A stretch of 28,706 bases of DNA from a virus. Taxonomy: Duplodnaviria; Caudoviricetes. The position numbers and the translations under genes were made by a program. The notes under the pieces are model-generated. The model ran no database searches, was not told the origin of the DNA, and saw nothing but the letters and a program-made list of their open reading frames with translations. Position 1 is the stretch's first letter. Every line of letters starts with the position of its first letter. Shown here in pieces: positions 18,101 through 25,160 of the stretch. The stretch is taken from the IMG/VR virus record IMGVR_UViG_3300001866_000033, positions 1-28,706 of that record, one strand, 5' to 3'.

Positions 18101-18530
18101 GCGCCTCGTGGTCCAAAATAACATCGCCCTCGCCCAGAATACGCTTGCTCTTCAAAATAGCAAGCAACAGTTTGCGGGAGCCTTGATTGCATCTCGTGAG
18201 AAACTAATGGGGGATATGGCTACTTTGATGAGCAATCCCAAAGTTTCTCAGGAATCAATTAAAGTGTATTCTCAGATGGTCCAAATTGTCGACGCTTCGA
18301 TTACAAGGATGCTCACAGGCCTCACAGGTGATAAGACAGAACCTATCCCTGGACTTTCAGAAACCAAACCCGGAGGTCTTATTGGACTCATTGGACGGCT
18401 TGCAGGAACTCTTATCTACAAAGCTCCCGAGTTATCTACAGGAGGTGAACAGCTCCCTGCAACTCAGACGGGCCAAACTTCAGAGCCGAATGCTGCGGTA
18501 AAGGGTCTCATAGATAGATACGGAAAGTGA
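15192..18530 (+). CDS. Internal virion / ejection protein with long Pro/Gln/Ser/Thr-rich disordered regions
   Basis: 1112 aa uninterrupted ORF, SD AAGGAGG; helical termini separated by low-complexity linkers and one central globular-looking segment. Confidence 0.6.
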   Translation: MPTVLKANVVDQQDNTPQFLAAIGKNIGDVMVAAKNSANNRRLYAAQAAAEQLNSLKTIFDVYGQEGYSPAMVLENGFATPVLKGLLKNLDVASGLPNRPDSYYEDATNKMMLDAQSSVSTASQMNWVLHNQGKTGSEASSVQPTQPTSSTESQTTDKKTESPPQPGPGGGGGQGGGGSGGVWKGRGGGYDPESGNDGSGRYGNGTEYEHSHSSYGNPSSSDSKASSSTAESSSAGEVVYPHEYERTRPWETAGGNPPQAFPQPQTAPQTVLPGVTPTGASPTPQPESNRPPSPNYPFMPSTFGQQDAFAQNPPQQQAPYIPPEIVARMRAQDEAQQQYYTQNPPQPMPFTQDRPWDTAVQNFQYEFPRDRPQDVAAQNFHPPAQVPAQAPVQAPVQAPSAAAAQPTAATPAQQPQPQVLAGSPTSPASSIYSGVKMPANYRKTPSTPPASSVAPPSGATKPPPALANPSDTGQVTYVKLAPMTQQEVEAARANWATKAQTLMQKDKNSGVQLDPWQRRAQMEKAGSGGNAGGGGGQKPAVPLSAKDVFVYATRPGSDPWDSGNIAIDLSTGESDPKALAFGKNGVAWVTAPGTSFQQLQGQSVAGFQFGYDPDMRYFVKSITSKPDVTLALMKAGYLIPLTTADDVVQYYKARGFALSPTDESNIRSRAEKAIGAAKGTLDVPLWEIPEPLIPDYWKSQSQAPLENQDAQYAEWAANLKARASQPIADTVVMPDTGPRNNGLFPEIQDISSAPATQPPATQPAQTSTPAPTAPASKTTIPPSVQEAAAKAAKPPSANTATGASSIASGEVPPSKPGEAAVATMTLRDVAKAETAIQGFFTGKDSRRAEEIKRLQVSRNANPPPVPQSQNIFQQAIDTLNKFIQSPQTELTALDKAKIDRAAIVANSWTNAVWNQLSPAERIDLVKKANTFFDNMSSTQAEMLYGHNAATTVNTESEILLNLVRAQLEGERLVVQNNIALAQNTLALQNSKQQFAGALIASREKLMGDMATLMSNPKVSQESIKVYSQMVQIVDASITRMLTGLTGDKTEPIPGLSETKPGGLIGLIGRLAGTLIYKAPELSTGGEQLPATQTGQTSEPNAAVKGLIDRYGK

Positions 18531-18539
18531 GGTTGAGGA

Positions 18540-21500
18540 ATGGACTTTCAGACTGCTTTTGCCCAGATGAAGGCTGACCCCCAATACCAAAAACTTTCTT
18601 ATGGCGAGCAGCAGCAGGTGGTTGCGGGGGTTCTGCAGAGCTACCTCGCAAAAGACCCAGAGTTCCTTGCACTCAATCCTCAAGACAAACAGGCTGCTCT
18701 TCAATCCATCTGGAAAAATACCGTCATCGGGCTGAAGCCAGTCTCCCCAAATTTCGATGGAACCTTGACTGACGAAGAACGTCAGGCATTCGCCGCAGGA
18801 CAAACCCCCCCGTCAGAGCAAGCGGACATGAAACGGGCGCTCTGGCTGGCTGAGCGCCTCGACAATGGGGACGCCTCGGCGCAGAAAGAAGCTACTGCAT
18901 GGATTGTGAAAAATCGTGCACTCACCGAGAGTCTCGTGGCGAAAGCAGCACTCGCAGGCAAGGATGCCGTTGAGAAGCTCTTCAACCCCGATGCCCAAGT
19001 TTTCAACGAGATCCCCTTCCATACCCACGACTACGCTAAGCTGTCAGAAATGCTCGCCTCCAAGATGTCGAAAAATGCGGCCCAAGATGCTCAGGAATAC
19101 GCTGCACTCACCGGCCTCGGCGTAGGAATGGCGGAAAACATCGCTCTGACTGCGCTGGTAGGTGGAATGGGTCCGGGAAGTGGGCTTCTCTTGAAAGGTG
19201 TGTGGAAGAATGTAGGCGAACTGGCAGCGGAGAAAGGTATTTCTCAGACTGCGCAGGCTTTCTACGGCCATGCTCTTCCTCAGATGATTTCATCGGGGAT
19301 GCAAGGAGTCGTTGATGTAGCCCGGTCATTCCCAAGACTCGTAGAGGAAGGGCAGCTATACGGGCCCTCGAAGTTCTGGGGAGGTGTTGCCTCGAGCTTC
19401 GGCCAAGGTGTAGCGTATGACCTTGCGGGTCAACTTTTCCGGGACGCATGGAATATTGCGATTAAGCCCCTGCGAACAGTCTTGTTCAAGACTCCTACGA
19501 TGAAGTCTGTCGATGATGCAAAAGCAATCGCAGATACTTTGGAAAAGGCAACTGACCCTCAGACTTCCATTCGAATCTTTCACTCCTTTGCTGACGGGAG
19601 CATCCCGCAGGAAGTCTTCGATTCGGCGAGCAAGGAGCAGCAGAAAGAAATTGTCGATGCCATTGCCAAGGGCTACACCTACACTCACCTCAATCCATAT
19701 GACCCGGCATCTGCAGACGGCTTCAAAATCCTCGCAAAATCTGCCGGTTTTGATACCAAGCTGATCCCCGATGCCAATGGCGGGGTAAAGGCCGTTCAGC
19801 TTGTACAGGATGGAGTAAACGTCGGAAAACCGTTCGACAACTTTGCTGAAGCCTTCAGTTTCATCAAGGCCAATTTGCCCAAACGTCTCGATACCCTCGA
19901 CGATGTGATTCGAGGATGGAATGAGGAAGTCAAAGTAACTCGGCTGTTCACTTCCAATTTGAGTCTCGATGACCTCCCGGTAGCTCACGTAGCGACAATG
20001 GCTCAGAATGTCATCGCAAACACAGAATCTTACGAGCCCGAGGCTCTGGCGAAGCTGGCGAAGAGCATGATAGGGCAGACGGGTTCTAAGCTCAGTTTCG
20101 AGGGCATAGTCCCAGAAGAAGAGTTCGCCAATCAGTATGCGCAAGGAGCCTTTAAGCAGGGGAAACTCTTCATCCCCGAGGAAATCACTACTCCGCAAAC
20201 TCAGGAGATGGTGAAGAATCTCCTGGACAATATCGCAAAACCAGCAAATGTATTCCCAGAAGCCAACCTTGATGCCGTCGAAGCTGCGGTGAAGAATATC
20301 GACCCAGCTGGAAAGTTCGAGATGACGCCTGACAAGAAGTATGTGCTGACGCTCAGAGGGAAACCCATCCAGCTCGAGAGTCTCGACGATGCCTCGTCGG
20401 TCTTGTGGGATTCAATGTATGTTGAGGGGAAAATTGGGCTCAACGAAGTCTCTGATGCTCTCAATCGCCAAGCAGGACTCATCCTCAAGGTCGAGAAGAA
20501 CCCTGTGACCGAGGAAACTGCATACATCCTCCGCAATAGGAACGGCCGAATAGTTGGGTCCTACAATACTCTCGATGATGTGATTTTCTCGGGGAATCTG
20601 AAAGCTCTTCCAACGAATCTACTGCCGCCAACTATTGTTGATGCGAATGGCCGGATAGTATTTACCAACACAATGGTTTCAGGGACTCCAGCACAGATGC
20701 TGTCTGCAATCAAGGATTTTTCTCAACCTGATATTCCAGTTGGTAAAGTCTTCAAGCAGACTCTCTCCGACGGAACTGTGGTGAAGGCTCATGCGGTAGA
20801 CAACGGAAGATACGTCATTGACATCCCTTCTCTCAACGATACACAAGTTTTCGAGACATTTGACGAGATGAAGCAGGCTCTGTTAAGAATGAGCAGGGCT
20901 GGGCAAGAAGCCGAAAAGGCTGCCGCGCGGAAAGGTATCCGGCTTTCTCCAGCCCCCGGCGGAATGATGGCTGCCAGCGATGGTCAGCATACTTGGCTTT
21001 TACGCTCACAAGAAGAGCTCCAAGGGCTTTTGTTCATGATCCCCAATAACCCGGGCGTCGATGATCTGCTCAAGTTGTCTAACGGGGGGGTAGATGATCC
21101 CATGCAGAAAACAGTTGCAGAGATTGCGAGCCAGATGAAGTTTGAGCCTTCGAAAGTCAACCCACTCATTGACCCCGATACCGGAAAGGCTATCACTGAC
21201 GGAGCCAAAATTCTTCAAAGAACTAAACTGTCTGAATATATCGACTACTACATTATGCCGAGAACCAATTACATTATGAAGTCCATCGACAATGGGGGAC
21301 CGAAAGAACTCAGTCCAATAATTCAAGATATCAAGGTTGGCACAAGACTGTTTGAACGCCAGAAGCAGAGAATGACCGAGCTGCTTGGACAGATTTATTC
21401 CGACGAGAATGGGCATCTGATGGGTCCCGAGCAGCTCAAGCTCTATGGGTGGCTGGCGCAAGTCCCAGAAGCTGATTGGGCAAAATCAGCAAAGACCTAC

Positions 21501-23141
21501 ATGGCTGACCCAGAATTCGAGCTTACTCCACTGGATATCTCCAAACTTCGTGCGACCAAGAATCTCATTGGTGCCTTGGGTAGGGAATTCGGAATCGACC
21601 TCACAGGATTTTTCGAGAACACTGTTCCTCACTTCAGGAATGTGAACAACGTCAGTGAGCTGGTGGCGTTGACTGGTGCAAGCATCGACGAGAAGATGGC
21701 TCGGCTGTTTCCGAATCTCAGCCCAGACGCTGAGGGCTATAAGTTTATCTCGAGAAACTTGAGAATGGATGCCTTCCTCAATGCGCATAATGACCACAAC
21801 ATCTACTCCATGCTCAACTACTATATCGACAAGGGCTTTCGAGAAAGATTCGTGGGCAGTCCCTTGAATCGTCTTGCTACTTGGATGACTGAAAATGCCG
21901 CCAATCCCGCAATCTCGGATAATCTCAAGCAATCACTCACCGGCTACTACTCAATCTTGATGGCAATTCCTGATACCACAACACAGGAGTTTGCAAACCT
22001 TTCGCTCAAGGTCTCGACGATGACGGCGAATGCCATGAAGCGGGCAGTAGGATTCTTCGGTGACGGAAAACTCTCTCAGCAGCTGCAGGAGAGTTTCAAC
22101 AATGTTCCAACGACTGATATTACAGGCAGTATTAGCAACGTGATGACTGAAGCAGTCTTGGGATTTAGGCCGATGGCAGGCTGGAGAAACTCTCTTCAGG
22201 CCTATACCAACGTGTATCCAGTGTTCCGGCAGCATTTCCTCAAAGCAGTCAACGATTACTCGGTGAATAAAATCGAGGAGTTCATCCAACGTGGGCTCTT
22301 AACTGACCGATTGTGGACCGACTTGGCTGAAGTTACTGGCAATTCGGGGGTAAAGTTCACCGAGAAACTCATGCGGTTCCAGCAGACTTCTGAGTTATAC
22401 TCTCGAATCATAACAGGTATGAGTTCTGACAACGCCTTCGATACTGCATTGGAACAACTGAAAGCAGGGCATCTTGGTGATGTTTCGCAGTTCCGGGATA
22501 TTGCGAGACTCAATTATCTCCGAGATTCAGAGTTTGAGCCCATCTGGAAGCTCGTGCAGGAGGGAAAAACTGACGCTGCCCGAAACCTCGCCGCAGCCAC
22601 CAACATCAGCATTCTGATGGGCGACTTTTCCCGGGAAAATCGGGCTCGAATTTCCACGGGGTTCTTCGGACGAATGTTCGGGAAATTCGGGGTCTACAAC
22701 ATAAATCAGATTGACTTGTATCGCCGCTTCATGTCGGTCGGGCCCCTGTCGGACCGGTTGATGACTGCTGCACGATTGGCGTTTGTCTTCACTTCCCTCG
22801 ACATGGGATTCAAGGCTCTCGGGATGAACTTCAGTGGGTTCAACCTCATCGACTCCATGAGCTTCAACGGGGGTCCCTTGTGGTCGACGATGTTCGACGT
22901 AACGCAGGCTCTTGGGTCAGGGCCGCAGTCCGACATGGCAAAAGTCAATCTCTGGAGGAACTTCGGATGGTGGGTTCCTGGTCGAGGCTTTAACATCCCA
23001 AGACTCTTGATGCCAGGTGGAGTCCAACTCGATTACATGGTCAAGGGAATCAGGGACAACAATTTCGTTGAGTTCCTCGGAGCCCCAATGCTCAAGGAGC
23101 CATTTTCCCCCGACTTTAATCCTTTGTTCTCGACAAAGTAG
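18540..23141 (+). CDS. Large internal virion / ejection protein
   Basis: 1533 aa, mostly helical, with Gly-rich hydrophobic patches; last gene of the structural arm, as for podoviral large ejection proteins. No catalytic motif recognised. Confidence 0.6.
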   Translation: MDFQTAFAQMKADPQYQKLSYGEQQQVVAGVLQSYLAKDPEFLALNPQDKQAALQSIWKNTVIGLKPVSPNFDGTLTDEERQAFAAGQTPPSEQADMKRALWLAERLDNGDASAQKEATAWIVKNRALTESLVAKAALAGKDAVEKLFNPDAQVFNEIPFHTHDYAKLSEMLASKMSKNAAQDAQEYAALTGLGVGMAENIALTALVGGMGPGSGLLLKGVWKNVGELAAEKGISQTAQAFYGHALPQMISSGMQGVVDVARSFPRLVEEGQLYGPSKFWGGVASSFGQGVAYDLAGQLFRDAWNIAIKPLRTVLFKTPTMKSVDDAKAIADTLEKATDPQTSIRIFHSFADGSIPQEVFDSASKEQQKEIVDAIAKGYTYTHLNPYDPASADGFKILAKSAGFDTKLIPDANGGVKAVQLVQDGVNVGKPFDNFAEAFSFIKANLPKRLDTLDDVIRGWNEEVKVTRLFTSNLSLDDLPVAHVATMAQNVIANTESYEPEALAKLAKSMIGQTGSKLSFEGIVPEEEFANQYAQGAFKQGKLFIPEEITTPQTQEMVKNLLDNIAKPANVFPEANLDAVEAAVKNIDPAGKFEMTPDKKYVLTLRGKPIQLESLDDASSVLWDSMYVEGKIGLNEVSDALNRQAGLILKVEKNPVTEETAYILRNRNGRIVGSYNTLDDVIFSGNLKALPTNLLPPTIVDANGRIVFTNTMVSGTPAQMLSAIKDFSQPDIPVGKVFKQTLSDGTVVKAHAVDNGRYVIDIPSLNDTQVFETFDEMKQALLRMSRAGQEAEKAAARKGIRLSPAPGGMMAASDGQHTWLLRSQEELQGLLFMIPNNPGVDDLLKLSNGGVDDPMQKTVAEIASQMKFEPSKVNPLIDPDTGKAITDGAKILQRTKLSEYIDYYIMPRTNYIMKSIDNGGPKELSPIIQDIKVGTRLFERQKQRMTELLGQIYSDENGHLMGPEQLKLYGWLAQVPEADWAKSAKTYMADPEFELTPLDISKLRATKNLIGALGREFGIDLTGFFENTVPHFRNVNNVSELVALTGASIDEKMARLFPNLSPDAEGYKFISRNLRMDAFLNAHNDHNIYSMLNYYIDKGFRERFVGSPLNRLATWMTENAANPAISDNLKQSLTGYYSILMAIPDTTTQEFANLSLKVSTMTANAMKRAVGFFGDGKLSQQLQESFNNVPTTDITGSISNVMTEAVLGFRPMAGWRNSLQAYTNVYPVFRQHFLKAVNDYSVNKIEEFIQRGLLTDRLWTDLAEVTGNSGVKFTEKLMRFQQTSELYSRIITGMSSDNAFDTALEQLKAGHLGDVSQFRDIARLNYLRDSEFEPIWKLVQEGKTDAARNLAAATNISILMGDFSRENRARISTGFFGRMFGKFGVYNINQIDLYRRFMSVGPLSDRLMTAARLAFVFTSLDMGFKALGMNFSGFNLIDSMSFNGGPLWSTMFDVTQALGSGPQSDMAKVNLWRNFGWWVPGRGFNIPRLLMPGGVQLDYMVKGIRDNNFVEFLGAPMLKEPFSPDFNPLFSTK
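18804..18816 (-). repeat. CTGAC-G7-T motif copy 8
   Basis: ACCCCCCCGTCAG on the + strand; antisense within the 1533 aa gene (TPPS). Confidence 0.95.
21079..21091 (+). repeat. CTAAC-G7-T, one-mismatch motif copy
   Basis: CTAACGGGGGGGT in the 1533 aa gene (SNGGV). Confidence 0.8.
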
Positions 23142-23661
23142 CAATCTTTTCTTCGAGCTCGCCGAGCGTCGTTTTCACTGTCTGCAACTTCACCCCCCCC
23201 GTCAGACACCACATCGTGATCGAGCCGTCATAAGGACTTGGCTTGTTAAACGTGTACGCAGTGACTGCACGAGTGGAGAATTGGCGGCCTAAGGTATCTA
23301 CGAGTATGAGGTCGAGGTTCCGGAGATTGGGGAGCTGGGAGAGTTTCTCGGAGAAGATTCGCTGACGCAACTTTAAGATGTATGATATTTGATACACCTT
23401 AAATCCAGAGAGCTTGGCGATTTCGGTTGGTGAATGGGGTAATGGGGGCTCGGTCTGGTGGTTCATGAACCACTCGTAGGCTTTTGTATGCCAAGACTTT
23501 TTCATGGCAAGGGGAACTGGCGGCCGGCCTCGAGGTTTCGGAGTTCCATGGAGTCTGCGTTTGACGGTGGACCGGCTGATCCCGAGGACTTCAGCGGTTT
23601 TCTTGATGGTCTTCTGCTGCTCGTAGGTTTTTCGGATTTCCTTGGTTGTGAAGGGTATCAA
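23116..23661 (-). CDS. Helix-turn-helix DNA-binding protein
   Basis: N-terminal HTH (IKKTAEVLGISRSTVKRRL), AT-hook-like KPRGRPP, second HTH-like segment (SPTEIAKLSGFKVYQISYIL); TTG start overlaps the upstream stop, SD GGAGG. Confidence 0.75.
   Translation of the reverse strand: MIPFTTKEIRKTYEQQKTIKKTAEVLGISRSTVKRRLHGTPKPRGRPPVPLAMKKSWHTKAYEWFMNHQTEPPLPHSPTEIAKLSGFKVYQISYILKLRQRIFSEKLSQLPNLRNLDLILVDTLGRQFSTRAVTAYTFNKPSPYDGSITMWCLTGGVKLQTVKTTLGELEEKIATLSRTKD
23192..23205 (-). repeat. CTGAC-G8-T motif copy 9
   Basis: ACCCCCCCCGTCAG on the + strand; sense within the HTH gene (LTGGV). Confidence 0.95.
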
Positions 23662-25148
23662 AATACAACCTCCTCTGGTGGAAGAATCTCGTGGCTGGAG
23701 TAGCTATATAACTCCCGGCCTACGCTGGAAGGAGCATTGAGTTCCTGTTTGTCGAGTGTAATGCGAATGATCTCGGCCTGTTTCAGCTGGGTCAGCATGA
23801 GGTTGAGTTCGTCGACTCGGATGTTCCGGCTGAAGCGGGACACGAGTTCTTTCCGGCTGACGGTGTGTCGCTTCTGGATGAACTCTTCGACGGATTCCAG
23901 CTGTCGAATGAACTCACTCGTTGTCACTTCGGCGATGACCTTGTTGGCTCGGCGCAAGGTGAAACTCACCAGCTTCTCGGCCAGCATGAAATGCTTCTTC
24001 TCAATCACATGCGATTCAGAGTAGTCGGCCACCCTGAGCAGCATGGAGACCTTTCGGATATGCACATCCTTGCGGCTTTCGTGCTCCAGTAAGGCATCGG
24101 AAATTATTTGGGCTTTCCAGCCTCGATACCATTTGTCGAAGGCTTCCTCAGCCTCCGGCGAAAACGTGTATTCTCCTCGGCAGTTATTCGCAATCCATGC
24201 GAGCTTGGGGGCAATATCAGAGATTTGCGGGTAGCCGGTGAGTCGTTGGGGCCGAGAGTAGATTTTTGAAGGAGTCTCCTGGTACACAGGAATTGTGCGG
24301 CTCAAGAACCCACCAGACAGAGCTTCTTCGGGAACTGATTCTCGGAGGCCAGTGGGTGTGATAGCTCCTGCCAATGTTACGTAGATGTTGGTGAGCTTCT
24401 CCATGCCTCGGCTCCGAGTTACTTCAGCATCCTCGTCCTTGCAGTCATAGAGGTCAGTGAGAAGGTTGATGAGTCCGGTGTTGTACTGCTGTTTGCCGAG
24501 GAAGGTCGCCAGCTCACTGATGCAGATCGCAACCTTGCTGTCGTGGGTGACACTGATAGGAGCGACAGACTTCGGGTCGAGGAAGGATTTTTCCTCCGGT
24601 TTCAGCATAAGAAACAGGCCTTCCGGCGAGGATTTCGATGTAATGATTCGATACTCATTGGCGAACTCATCGAGGTTGGAGAGGCGATTCTGTTGGCTCT
24701 CCATGAGCAGGGCTGAACCAATTTCCAGCGGCGTCGACTTTTTGCAGACACCGGCATTTGCGACGAAGATCACGTAGATGTTGGGATACATTGGTCGGGG
24801 ATACCAGTTCAACCACGCATTGCGGTTGAGTGCAGAAGAAATAGTCCACAATGCGCCCCACACAAGAAACAGAGAAGGACTTTCGACAGCCCGGCCAAGA
24901 TTCATGAAGTCTGTCACAAAACTAGGATTCTCCTCGAACAGCTTGTCGATTTCGTCGGGAGTATAGGGCTTTTCCTTTGGTTCCTTGAATGCCTTGGGAG
25001 GCGCAGTTCCCAATTCCTCAAATGTCGTTGCAATGAAAGAATCAGAGATATGGCGCTTTCGCGGTCTGCGGAGTCCAGGAGTCTCGTTGGATTCTTGAGA
25101 TTCCTCCTTTTGCATGACGGAGAGCACCTTGTCAAAATCGAGAGGCAT
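23658..25148 (-). CDS. DUF3987-like P-loop protein (putative replicative helicase) with C-terminal winged helix
   Basis: PNIYVIFVANAGVCKKST (Walker A-like), SSPEGL, ICISELATFL (Walker B-like, S in place of D), LTDLYD, GGFLSR; adjacent to the DNA polymerase; SD AAGGAG. Confidence 0.7.
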   Translation of the reverse strand: MPLDFDKVLSVMQKEESQESNETPGLRRPRKRHISDSFIATTFEELGTAPPKAFKEPKEKPYTPDEIDKLFEENPSFVTDFMNLGRAVESPSLFLVWGALWTISSALNRNAWLNWYPRPMYPNIYVIFVANAGVCKKSTPLEIGSALLMESQQNRLSNLDEFANEYRIITSKSSPEGLFLMLKPEEKSFLDPKSVAPISVTHDSKVAICISELATFLGKQQYNTGLINLLTDLYDCKDEDAEVTRSRGMEKLTNIYVTLAGAITPTGLRESVPEEALSGGFLSRTIPVYQETPSKIYSRPQRLTGYPQISDIAPKLAWIANNCRGEYTFSPEAEEAFDKWYRGWKAQIISDALLEHESRKDVHIRKVSMLLRVADYSESHVIEKKHFMLAEKLVSFTLRRANKVIAEVTTSEFIRQLESVEEFIQKRHTVSRKELVSRFSRNIRVDELNLMLTQLKQAEIIRITLDKQELNAPSSVGRELYSYSSHEILPPEEVVF

Positions 25149-25160
25149 GTGATGCTCCTT

